DNA from: Kudoa neothunni
Lineage: Eukaryota > Animalia > Cnidaria
NCBI GenBank assembly: GCA_964304625.1
Contig: OZ199838.1
Location: 6,242,144 to 6,306,143 of the forward strand
Length of the DNA stretch: 64,000 bases
Reading direction: 5' to 3'
Position numbers and translations under genes: made by a program. The notes beneath the pieces were generated by a model. The model made no database searches, was not told the DNA's origin, and saw only the letters and a program-made list of their open reading frames with translations. This document shows, piece after piece, positions 14,558 to 29,971 of this stretch (the first letter of the stretch is position 1; each line of letters begins with the position of its first letter).

Positions 14558-16065
14558 TTGACCTATAAAGTGTATTTTTAGAATCTTCTGTATTTAATTA
14601 TTTTCTCGGGGAAGGCAAATTAGGGTTGTTATGTTTGATACATTAAAATGCCTCATAGTAATTATCTTAACGGGTTTTAATGGAAAATTTTCAAAGTATT
14701 TTATGATTTTATGTTTTCCATCTAATATTGTTTAGTTTTCACCTTAAAATATTGCAATATTTCTAATTTAGGGGGAATAATTCTAAATTAATCAACAGAG
14801 TGGCCGGAAAAGTGTGCAAAATCGTTGCATCACGTGATTTTCGGAATATATTTTGCATCATTTACAGCCAATTATTTGAACCAACATTACAGTAAAGTTG
14901 AATATATTCGTTTATATAAACATCGAAAACATTTAGATTTAAAATTATATAACTTCACAAAAATTGTACAGAATCGATTATCGATTGTATATGAAGATTG
15001 GAATTTGGCTGAACTTTAATGTAGAGCCACTAATCCATTATCACATATTAGAAATTAAACGTTATGCGGTTATTAACCCCTAATTCGACACAAAAACCAG
15101 AAAATATATTTATAGAATATTGGTGGAATTTAAATTCTACCATTCATTATCAAACCAACGAGAACTGAAAGTTCAATTCAACTTAAAGCACAACTGAAAG
15201 TATTCCATTCTGGGTTTCTGCATTATTTAGTAGTTCTAAGCTTGAAAGAATCAATAGGCATCCTGTCATTATACCATTATACATTTATATATTGAATCTT
15301 ATATGCATTTTAATCACTTTTATGTACAATTCGACAAATATGCGCTTCTTTAATTGCACTAATTTGGATTGTGTACGCTTGGAATTAGGGAGACTTTACT
15401 AAATGTGATCCCTGGAAATTTAATCGAAAATTCAAAACCATAATTGAACAATGCCTCTTAATATTCTTTTCTAGAAACACGTGAAAGCTCAACTATCGAG
15501 CAGAAGAAGAACTTTTCTGTTTGGAAAATTGCCAGTTAATTTCCCCAATTTCATAGAGCATAATTATAGATTTTAATCCATTGTTCGTCATACTTTAATA
15601 GCGTGCATATTTAAGATTATTACGATTACGCAGGTACCGCTCTCGTGAATGAGTGCTCTACAACGATTGTCTTAGATTAGACGGCCAAATAAACGTCTAA
15701 TTTCGTTAATGGTCATCAGTTTAAATTTATTTCATTATCAAAGAATAAACTCCAGTTAGAATTTCTTTACATAACTATGAAAGATAACAATCCATTAATT
15801 CTGTAAGTGAACATTCAATATACAGGGTATAAATGGAGAATAAGACCTGCCGTCCGCCGGGTGACTTCGCCGATCTTCGGGGCACGTCGCCATGGCTATA
15901 AAATTCACATTTCATTCATTATATTAACATTTTAACAAACACAGCTAATTAATAAAACGCTTACTATGATAACAAAACGATATCTGAACCAATAAAACAC
16001 TTAACAAGTTGTTCTTCTGTGCCAACATTAGTCACATTGTGCGCGGTCACCTCACGCTGTGCCAA

Positions 16066-18832
<2,767 letters not shown>

Positions 18833-19041
18833 GCCTAATCCAATTCTCGACTATGTATATCAATAGTTAGATGGCTTACACCTTGTCTTATTCTTTCTTG
18901 TGGTTCTTGTGTAGCTTATAGCTTATCGCTTATTTTGTGCATTGCAAAATTTTTGAATGTTTTCGGTGTTAATCTTCATTAGTTTTGAGATTTTGTTCGT
19001 AACAAATGAGAACTGGCGTGCGGTTGTGATACGATTAAGGT

Positions 19042-19994
19042 CAGTTACGTTCAACCATCGGATCCGCATGTCCCCAGGGATTCGCGAAGTTTGCCTAGGG
19101 TATCCGCAGCACTAAAATAAAATAGAAACTACTGATAGGTATTTATTTACAAATTTAAGTTGTCTGAGCCCTTGATGTTGTCGAATTAATTTCAAGAATA
19201 ATGTATTTTAGTATTTTTTTACATAAATTCATAATAATTTTTTGTGAACCCTGTATATTATTTGTTTATAAGCTATTTGATATAAATATATATATATATA
19301 TATAGTCGAACCTCTGTTATCCGGAATTCGCGCTGTCCGGAAGATATTTTAAATTTTGTATGAATTTCATCGACATTACGTGTCGATAAATGTTCGATTA
19401 TCCGGAAACCGGAAGAACTATTTAATCATATTTCCGGATAAAAGTGCCACCCATCATCGTACGACATATACGATTATAGCATATATACCAATGCAATATT
19501 TAAATGAATCATAATTCTAGGTTATCTATTAATAAATTTTTCTTGTAAAACTTAAGTTAAGCATTCAGTTCTTATATAAATTTGTACTATATCTGAACAC
19601 ATGTCAATGTGTAAATTAAACAAACATTAATTATCGATTATTTAAAAAAGTAGGTTACTCCTCTGTAGACATGTCGAAACTGCCATAATTATGTCCTGTT
19701 TTTCCATTAAGTCTCCGTATTCTCAGTTAATAGATATGCCCATATTTTTAAATGGAGTTACAGAAGATATAATATTCTACTTAATAAATAGTAAAAAATT
19801 GCTGATAAATCAAATATACAACCTTATAAGGAGAAAAATTTTAGAAGCGCGCGCGCATGGCATTGTTTATGTTCGATTAACCAGAGGCTCGTTATCCGGA
19901 CCAGGAAGAAAATCGCTAGCCCAAATTTTCCGGATGATCGAGGTTTGGCAGTAGATATGTGGATCCGCAATTCCAAGAGAGTTGAAAACCACTG
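19042..19994. mobile_element. hAT-like MITE containing a nested pogo/Tigger-like MITE (19303-19951)
   Basis: Outer ends CAGTTACGTTCAAC.../...GTTGAAAACCACTG. Inner ends TAGTCGAACCTCTGTTATCCGGAA / TTCCGGATGATCGAGGTTTGGCAG-TA, inserted in a TA run. Confidence 0.65.
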
Positions 19995-20948
19995 ATCAAA
20001 ATGATCTAAAAGCCTAGAATTTGGATTATAGATTGTAGAAGGGTTTAATTTTGCAACTTTGGGTTTCTGCCAAAAATTATAAACTCAGTAAACTTCTCAA
20101 ATTTGACATGAATTCCAAATATTAAAACTTAGAATTTATTTTCTGAGTAATTATTCTTAACAGTTTAAATTTGTGGCTGCGGCTATTGGCACAGAAATTT
20201 TTAATCCCATCAACTTTTACTCAAAATTTTGTATAGATTTAATTTTATAGAGTCTGTTATATTTAGCCCTCCAAAGATTTTGGGGTAAATTCACCCACCA
20301 TAATTTATCCTTAATTATTCATCCAAGAAATGTGTTAATCGTTCGAAATAAATTTTAACTCATCATATTACAAAAACAAATTAAGTTAAAAATTAAAACA
20401 AAATACGTCGTAGTTATATTTTCTATCTTTAAATAAATTGTGTTACTTTTGTGCGTTACCGAAGAATTGGCGACGTATGCCGTATAAGGTTTTATGAGGA
20501 TTGGTAATGTGAGTAATGACGCTTTTTCTCTGTATTTAGCCCACAAAACTATATAATATTTTACGAATAAATTTATTACACTTTTTTGTTTAAATATAAT
20601 TAAAAAAAACCTTGAGGTGAATTTCACACTAAAATTTGGGAGGTAGTTCATTTTTTGATACATTAGAGCAGGGTTTCTCAACCGGGGGTAAATTTTAAAT
20701 GACAGGGCGTAAATTAAATAACATCAAAATTGGATGAGGGAAATTATTTCATGATGAAGTTTGTGACGTACCTAAAGATTTCTAAGGAATTATATTTTTC
20801 AGGGCTATTAAACTCAATAATAAGTTGGCAGAAATGATCCAAATTTTTTTAGGAATGAATATTAAATATTTATAAAACTATGAAAATTCTATTTCTTTTA
20901 TTGTTCATTTATTTTTTAGTGATTTAGCCTAATAATAATAATACAGTA

Positions 20949-22515
20949 ATGGACCGGCCGTACGTGGCACCACTCATACGTACGTTAGTTACTTTATATA
21001 TTAAAAGGTTCACTCATTTGAGATGATTTCAAAAATTATATAATGTTAGAATTACATGAATTAAATAATAATTTATAAGCATAGTTACTACCAAAGTGGC
21101 ACAGGGTCCAATAAAATTTGTCAGACCCGACACTCGTCCTACGTATTATTTGAAAAAATTGCTTGCCCCGACCCTAGATAATCCATATAGAAACAGTTGA
21201 ACGTGTGCGCACAGTCTTTAAAAAACCCTCGTAGATTTAATTTTCTTCAGAAACTATTATAATGATCTAGAGGAGTTATAATCTCTGAGGAAAACTAACT
21301 TTGAAAAATGGCATAGCTTTAAGCGATTACGGATCTTTTGCAACGATAATTAAGCCCTTGAGGCATGTCTTTTACATTCCACAGGTCTCACTAGGATAGA
21401 ATAAATCGATCTCGCAAGATGTTTGAGGTTAGAATGGCTAGAATGAGCGCGATAAATTAGAGGATCATCGTATATTTTGGGAACAGATTCGTTTAAATAA
21501 TTTCGTATTTCTTCCCTATACATTTGATGTTCGACGATAGCAAAAAAGTATCAATAGTAACCGTGAGTCTTCTTTTTTGACAAAGCTTAGGTTAACTTAG
21601 AATGGAATCAGCGAAGGCATTATTAACTAATTTGTGCATTCAAATGTTTAATTTCGAAAAAATCTAAAATTGTGGAAAATATAGTTATAACTGCATTTTT
21701 AACTTCATCATTATGTGTAATCCACTTTAAACATTCAAACTTTTATAATTAGGATGAAAGACAGGTCCAATCACATGTACCGTTGTTAATTTAGGAACGA
21801 ATTTGTGCTATAAACCCTCTAAATAATTTAACAAAAACTCCTTTACTTCGATCGGTAAAGAATATGCCAAATAAATAATTTCAGTACACCGTGGCATAGC
21901 CATCCTTTCACTTCATGCCTCATAAACATCAATTTTTTGATAGAGTGATCCATATTCCACTCCCAAGTAAAATATTTCTTTTAATCCAAGTTAATCTGCG
22001 TTTCGTGAAGAATGCTAATCATTTACCATAAAATCTGTAATCGTATCTTTCAAATGGTTCTTGTAGTCAGTGCTATGTTTAACTTTAGGCTTCGTAACCT
22101 GTCGTCCAACACTTATCTGTCTGTTTAAAATTTGACGTTTACGAAATTTTGAATTATTTACATCAATTTAGAATTCTTCAGAGTTTCTAAGGGCGAAAGT
22201 TTGATAGCATATTTAAATATAATGTGAGATTTGTAAATGCAATCGTTCTATTTAATGGGTGAGATGTTTTCCCAACGATGGAGATCGGCAGCATTTGTGT
22301 CCTCAGCTAACCCAATATTACTTTCAGCAAGAAAATTCTGTACATTTTTTAAATGGCATTATTTTGAATTTTAATCTGAATAATCGGAACACTTAGGGCT
22401 GGCATTATTTCCGCGTGTCCTAATGTCCGCTCGGACACATTAACAAAGCTTGTCCGACTAGCTTTTGTCCTAATCCAATCTAATGTTGTCCGGCGCCGGA
22501 CAATGTACCACCCTG
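20949..22515 (-). mobile_element. Decayed hAT transposon relic
   Basis: Minus-strand fragments VFHPNYKSL and HSNLKHLARSIYSI resemble hAT C-terminal/dimerisation segments. The ends are GC-rich. Boundaries are approximate. Confidence 0.4.
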
Positions 22516-22659
22516 GTTACTACGAATAAACGAAAAATAAGAGGTCACGCGAGGATCGGTCATACGGACCTTTTTTTGCTTAATCGCGCGATTAAATTAA
22601 GCGTTTTCTTTGTTTTCTACCGGATTTAAACAATTAATAAGTTTTTATAGTTACATCAA

Positions 22660-23660
22660 TGTGGCAGCTAGTTAAAAATGAAGGATAAACATAGGCTCAT
22701 GTTGTAAATATATAGTAGATGTAATTTATAATAGTGTCCTCCATAATTCATGGTAATAACAATAGCGCAATGATAGCCCCTCCCCAAAAATTCAGAAACG
22801 GAATATGATTTTATTGTATAACGCAAGTAGACAATTGCAATCTTAAACCAAGATAGCGTGAGCGGGATTAACATTAGATAAACAATGTTAATTCGCCACA
22901 TATACCTCCCCTTAAGTTTGAGGGTTAGATTGATAAACATTTGGTTGTTTAATTAGTCGGTCATATCAGGATCTTGTAGGTTGTTTGTTGCAGGAAGCGT
23001 AGCTTGACGATGTACTCACGTGAGGAAGGTTTTCGTTTTGTTCGAGATAAGTGGGTTGTAGCCTATCAATCGATACATTGACAGTTTCGTTTTCTACCTG
23101 AACTTTAAAGGTTTTATCTCCTGTAGAAAAAACTTTGAAGGAACCATCGTACGGAGGTTGCAGGGGCGATCTTTGTCCATCTCTCTGTATGCAGACATAC
23201 CGGCTGTTCGTTAGGTTCCTTGTAATGTATGGTGTTTGTTTAATGTGTTTTGAGGTATCAAATGGACAGTATTGTTTGATGGTTTGTTTTAAATGTTGCA
23301 CAAAGACAGTAGGGTCGGTAAGGTCAATTTTAGGAAGGGTTTCACCGGATAGTTTGACCGAGTATCATATCTGAGGAGAGAGTCCAATATCCTCCTTAAT
23401 GGTGCTCCTAATGCCAAGCAAAGCCCAAGGAAGTTGATCTGTCCAAGTGGAATCGCTGAGTCTTGTGGTAATAGAAATTTTCATGTGGGTAATATGCAGT
23501 TTTACGGCATAATCTTATTTCCAGTAGATTCGAACTATTCTCCCATATTTTGGATATGGATTGTACGCCATTGTTGGAAGTTTTGATATCCGGTATTCCG
23601 AATCTAGAGATCCAGTTGCTGATAAGCACTCTGGTGCCACTAAGTTATGATGTATCCACA
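22660..23660 (-). mobile_element. Decayed Ty3/Gypsy 3' fragment: integrase remnant, PPT and 241-bp LTR (22660-22900)
   Basis: Fragments WISRFGIPD, TAYYPH, PLQPPYDGSFKV and VSIDRLQP. A purine tract AAGGGGAGG precedes an LTR with TGTGGC...GCCACA termini. Confidence 0.8.
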
Positions 23661-23687
23661 ATAGGAATTGTTTCTGGCCATCTAGTG

Positions 23688-24412
23688 CAGTGGTTTTCAG
23701 CCGAGGTTCCACGGCAGGAATACATATGAAAATTTTTTATTGACAGCTAAATTTAAATAATGTGGTCGAAATGTTTGGCGATGTCGAATATGAACAATTT
23801 GGTGCATTTTAATTAATTATTATTCTCATAACAAGTACCTCAATTTAGAATAATTGTAATAATAAAGATTTAAAACCTATTAATTTGTTAAAACCCCACT
23901 GAATACTGGTAGCGGTGCTCCAAGAATTTGAGTTTGTTTTTAAATGCAAGAGCCCGAATCTCATCAAATTTGTTATCGTTTCTTCTTTTTTCCTTTAAAA
24001 ATTTTCTGCATAGCAAGCATTTTGCGATACCAAGGATCGTGTTATTCTGTCGCAATTGAAACAACAGAAAGTGAATGACCCATGCTTGCTTTCACTTATA
24101 AACAATATCCAAAAAGTTATCGCTTTTGATTCAACGCTTCAACGTAGAGACGAAAATTATCCAAATATTGTAGCTGTAATACGAAGTCAACAACCACAAC
24201 CACAAATATCATTAGTTTTTATTTATTTTTAATACAAAATAAAATTTGAAAATATCTGTTGTTTCTTTTTATTTATTTTTTTTTTGTGAACGCGCGTGCA
24301 AATTTAAAAGCTTGTATTTTCATCATTTGGGTTTAATTTTATGTGTGGTGATCCGCGACAAAATTTTAATCTCTTTGGGGTTCCGCGGTTCCGAAAAGGT
24401 TGAAAACCACTG
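23688..24412. mobile_element. hAT-like MITE
   Basis: TIRs CAGTGGTTTTCAGCC / GGTTGAAAACCACTG. Confidence 0.7.
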
Positions 24413-24420
24413 AATTAGAT

Positions 24421-24882
24421 AAAAATGCCGAGGACAGATAGCACATCGGTGTGACACTCGGATTCGAGCCTTGAGGTAATGAGTTCGAATCCGCCGGTGG
24501 TCAGACTACTGCTTCCGTGTCGGTGGGTCCCTATCCCATATTTGGGAATTGTGGTTAAAGTGTACGCTCGCTGTGGAGTGGGGTGTACTAGCAGCCTAAT
24601 TCGCGTGAATAGGAGTTGGAATCTCCGGAACCCATCGAAAGGCAAATAATTTGCAGTCCCCACAGAGCCAACATCCTGAAAGGGATAGGGTTTGGGATGA
24701 TGGTCACCCTAAGATGAGGGTGTTTAATGGGTTAAAGTTCCACATTATTATCGCATAAAGATAAGGGACGGAGTTTCATGTTACGTCCTGCGGTGCCTAA
24801 ATCGTTAATGGAAGAGGTCTGACCAATCAGAATTCCACAACCTAATAAGTTGCGCTAGGGGTTTTACCTTGTAAACAAAAAA
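24421..24882 (+). mobile_element. tRNA-derived SINE with a large structured body
   Basis: Pol III A-box-like TAGCACATCGG (24439-24449), B-box GAGTTCGAATCC (24481-24492), A-rich tail, and a perfect 12-bp TSD ACTGAATTAGAT (24409-24420 and 24883-24894). Confidence 0.88.
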
Positions 24883-27378
24883 ACTGAATTAGATTCTATT
24901 ACGGTTGAAGAACATAATAAAATATTTTTATAAAAAACGGGTTTAAAAATGTTACTTTTTAATTGTGACGAAAAAAACACGATAATTAAATCTAAAACAT
25001 GCAATTTGTTCCAATATATTATTCGCTTTTAATACTTATCATTTATAATTATAGGCATTTTTCGGTATTTAAAAACAATTTTAATTACACTATTAAAATT
25101 TTTACAATTAAACATCATTTTTAATGGTGATGTTTTAGTTTCTAAATTTTTTAGCGGTTTTCTCTTGCAAAATTTAAAAGGTGTTTAATTAATAACGGAA
25201 GATATTTACTACCGGATTTTTTAAACTGTTGTTTCCCACATAACAGTAATAATAATACAAATGTATACGTCATTTATAATAAAAAATACAACACCTATAA
25301 CAGATTTATTTAAAAAATGTTTAATATAATTATTTAACTTTTACTCTTTATTTATTAATAATTTAATTCATTGACGAAATTCTTATTCTCAAGGATAAAT
25401 TTTATATTAAAGTTACATAAAATTAAAATATTATAGATTTCAGAAATACAAAATAAAATATTTTTTTGTAGAAGAGCAAAACAATATGAATTTGTGGAAT
25501 TATAACAAAATCTTTCGTCTCCTATAATAATTTTCTTCTTTTGTGTGTAAAGATTCATTTAAACAGCAAAAAGCATCCATATAACGCTAGTACGCACTTT
25601 TTGGAGAATTAAAAATGTAACAAAATAAAATTCTACTCCATATAACCGTTAGATTGCGCATACATAAAACAAAACTTAGTAATGTTTCGAGATTAATGCA
25701 GTGTATGATTATTTTCAATTATGTTATTCGTGCCAATTATTTGTTTATTACATCATTTTAATACTTCATACAAGATTTAATGAATGAGTTAATCCATCCT
25801 AACAATTATATACGTTTCTCGCAAAGTTTAGATATAGACATTTTAGTTTAGTATTAATCAATAATTATTGATTTTAATTGATTCATTAAACCGAATAAAG
25901 TAAAATTTAATTATCTTGTTATAATTGATTGTCGTTGGTCGGGTTCCTCCAAGATTCTATCGGATCATGTATATTTGATTTATCATCAATTTGATCATTG
26001 CTATTAGGCTCTCAGGAGTATATGTATATGTATAAAAGAAATCAATTTGGATTTAGTAATTAAGTTCACAGTTTTTTATAAAAAAAATATATGAATGCCA
26101 TCCACATTGTTTTCATTATCCATTTATCATAGTTACATTATTTACATTAAATATAATAAAAATACTTTCTCGATTGTTTTTAAAAAATTTCTAAATTTGA
26201 TCATTGATTAAACTACGCTTTAATGAGGAAATTATTTCCCTAGGTTTATCATCTATTTTATAGAAAATTTTGGAGTTGATTTAACCCTAAAACAACCTAA
26301 TAATGAAAGCGTACAAAACTTTTTATTATTAACTTTTTTTTATTTATGTAGAATGACCACACATGTAGTTTAAAATCAACGAATCTATTCAGTTTTAAAG
26401 AACAACATGCAATCCTGTAATAAAACAAATTTACTAATAACTTTATGCACGTGGATAAAATTTATAATTATAAAATATCTCTGTTTTTCCGCATTGACTA
26501 TTAGTTCAGCTTTTGTTGTTTAATGAATTAACCCTGAATCATTTTTATTAATATAAAAATAGAAAAACGTTTAAATCAACGTTTAATCTCGTTCTACTTC
26601 TTTAAAATAAAAATCACCAAATAATGACAATACACTTTGATTTGGAGATACTGTTAAATTTCATGGTGACTAAAATTAGTGCTCAATATCCATCGAAAAA
26701 CCTCATATGGGAATTGAATTTCAGTGAGCAATAAAAATGAAGTGCGCAATATCCATTTTCTAGTATTTGTAAAAAAATTTCTTAAATAAATAATTCTGAA
26801 TATTTCCTTAACAGCTTAAAAGACTTAGGAGATAGAATTACACTTTATAAAACGATAAAATAATGACACAACGAAAAATGCGCGATGTCCACCTACGTAA
26901 TAGCCGCTGTTGACTGTAATCTTCAACTTATTATTATTATCTTTGATCCCCAATAACTAATCTCCTTAGAAAAACTAATAATCAATATTGTAAATAGGAA
27001 ACTTACATTAAAAAACTAATGTTGTGATAAAATACCCCAAAACCGTTAAAAAAATAAAAGTGACGAATCGACATAGGTGTAGCTTGATAGTTTAATAATA
27101 TTCATTTAAATTGCAATATTAACGCTTGAAATGTTCAGTAAAATTAGTGCTAAATTGTATTTTTAAATTAACAGAGTCAAAATAATTGCGAAAAAAAGTA
27201 TACATTTTCAATTATTATGTATAATATTGGACATAAACATTAACAAAATCAAATTTTAATTCGAGTAAACATTTTGGGTGTTTATGTAGGTCACCGGATA
27301 TTTTTTTGAAAAAATATGGGTCACGACTGAAAAAGGTTAGGAAAGACTGCTCTAGATGGAAGGAAAGCACAGAAATAA

Positions 27379-29420
27379 TCCATATCTATATACATAATAA
27401 GGTTCTTATGTCTCTTAGTGTGTGCGTGTGTATCAGTTTTCAGCAGTACGCATGTGCCACGGAGAAACTTTCTTTAAATATAGCTGTAAGTTTGTATTTG
27501 AATAGATAAAACTATTAATAAAAATCGATAATTCACTTCAAAGTATAAATATAATCAATAACACAGTCCGAAGCAAGGAATTTTCTGGTTGTCTTCACAA
27601 ATAGCAGATTAAAAAGTACCTGCATAATATTGATATTTGTTTACTTCTGATTGGTAGCCAATTAAAATGAACTTTTACTCATGATATAGAAAAAGGGTTG
27701 CTTAATTATGGTATGGAATGTTCTAAAAATTTTACATATGCCTGTTCGAAGTACTTTTAAGTCAAATAAAACTATTAACGTCGCATATACAAGAGTTGTC
27801 ACAATTCCCTTAAAATTTGAAGTATAAACAAGTTATTCGGTATGTGTTTTCTCTTTTCGAGCGTTATGGATATAGTTAAGAAAAATAGATTATGATCATT
27901 TTAAATAAAACACATAATTCGAGATAACAAGTTGTTGCCACGTTGAATAATTTGAGTCTCTATAAGTATCCTAAAAACGAGATGAAGTGTGTGTAGAGCT
28001 TTTAAATATTAACATTTTTATGGTAACCAAAATGAAAATTATGCTCAATTGGAATTCCTGGGATGTGAACATTTCTTTTTATCAAAAATATCGGTTGAGA
28101 TTGAAACTATATTCATCTTTTCGATAAGTTTTTACTCATTTTTTTGTTTTCCTAAACTTTCTTGAAAAATAGCGGGCATCACTAATTCGATAAGTTTTTA
28201 TATTTGATGGGACAATTTTTAAAATAATGTTTAAGTTTTTAGTAACCTAATTATTCCTTACTCCAGACCTTAGATTTAATATTCAAATCAATATATAATT
28301 ATTTTCGTTAAAAATAATTCATTATGAAATAAAAGCTGAATGAAACTATGCGACACCATATTCTATACGTAGTTTAAGAATTTATATTCACGATTACTTT
28401 TTCACAAAATAAAGTCCCCTCTCAATCTCAATACGTGTCATGTAAGTTAATAAGAAATTATTGGTCTATTCGATCTAACCAATATTTTCACATAGTTTTC
28501 ATTAATCCAAGAATAGTTCAATACGAAGAAATTTTTTTAGGGCAATCAAACAGTACGTTTATTTTTAAAAGGGTGCATTCCTTCAAGAAAACCAGTTGAT
28601 ATTTAAGCATTACTGTAATTTTTCAAACCAAAAATTGCTTTACATTTTTAACTTAATCGTATTTTGTTAATTAAATGTGTATATTTTTGATAAAAAGCAA
28701 GGTTGGATTTATTTATAAATCGGGAAATTTTGTTACAATAATGAATACGTAAGTTACCACTCACAGCTTTTCAAAACATCGTTGGCATCATTATAAAATT
28801 GCGAAAAAGGAGTAAAAATTAATATTTATATTTCGGAGGCATCTTAGGTTGATTTTATTTTTTTTGTCGTTTGTAGCCTAATAATAAATTTTATAACTAG
28901 AAGGATTAATTTTTATCGCAAAATTTTGAAAAGAACTGAAAGTCCTATTTAAGTTACTTAATGATTTTGTTTCATAAATAACTGAACTTTAATCGCTAAT
29001 TCCATTTCTCTTAAAATTAAGCTCATCATAGTTTTGGTCAATAATTTGTAAAATAAACCTAAAATTACTCATTAATTTCTCGCCATACCTCTATTTATAT
29101 TTGAACGGAAAGTGTGCGCATAATTGCGTTTATCTAAATCATCACATTGCAAATGTGATGACAAGCTTTAAAATGAATAAATTAAAACAGAAAAATAAAA
29201 TTTACAGGGTTTAAACTGCTAATTAGATTAACTCTTCCGTAAAACTTCCCCATTCAAAAATATAATTAAGAGTTAAAATTTTCCGTCACGCTGTACCGTA
29301 CCAGGCAAAACTGGGCATTAGCGCTACTTACTTAAAAATCAAAAAGGCTTTAGCCTGCGCCAGGTGTTAGCCTATTTGGCTGGGCAAGGAAGCCTTCTCG
29401 AAGCGGGGCTTTTGTGCTAG
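27379..29420 (+). mobile_element. Non-autonomous Helitron, copy 2, with an extra 3' terminus
   Basis: Colinear with 12633-14557 (roughly 80% identical by eye). The first end reads CTAC at 29324-29327 instead of CTAG. A second hairpin (GCCTTCTCGAAGCGGGGC) and CTAG|T follow at 29417-29420. Confidence 0.85.
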
Positions 29421-29971
29421 TTTATTATAGAATAATTTAAAAAGATTAAATCCGTGGACAGCTTGTGAGTTAGAGTTGATGAGAATAAAAATTGTTGTTA
29501 CACAAGCGTGCATGCCTTTTAGGATTAGAATTTACCATATAATTAGTCTTTATCTTAGCTAAACCAACATAAAACCTCAAAGTTAATATAAATTTGGTGT
29601 CCAAGGTAAGGGGAGTAAATTTAAAAAAACGTTTGAGCGAGCACCCTGCTTTAGAGAGTTAATTATTTTTGGCCCGCAGCTTCGCTCTTAGGGTCCAGAA
29701 ATAATTGAATGTAATCTCAAAACTAATGACACCTGAATATTAATTACCATAACAATAGCAATTTTCCTTATTTAATGTCTTTTCTGAGACAACCACCACA
29801 CTTAGGTTAACAAACATCGATTTCTTTTGAATGTAAAATTCAACTAATACAGTGATTTATGAGCTAATGCGAATGCAACCGCATATATAAAATAAAAACA
29901 CAATAAACCAAAAGGATACATACATCATTAAAAATTATAATTTTAATATTTGATATGAAAATTGTTCATAT

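Noticed and set aside
24427-24503. Functional tRNA gene
   Set aside because: A and B boxes are present, but the acceptor and T stems do not pair properly; treated as a SINE head.
24730-24824. Twister-ribozyme-like TTCCA/TGGAA-GAG arrangement in the SINE
   Set aside because: It lacks the UAA cleavage loop next to P2 and the AAGC loop motif, and the 3' strand pairs better in the long-range helix. It is not callable as twister without a covariance-model hit.
24499-24824. Resemblance to RNase P conserved regions (TCAGACTACT; GGAAG.GGTCTGA)
   Set aside because: The blocks are in the reverse order to RNase P RNA, and the element has a TSD, A-tail and tRNA head typical of a SINE.
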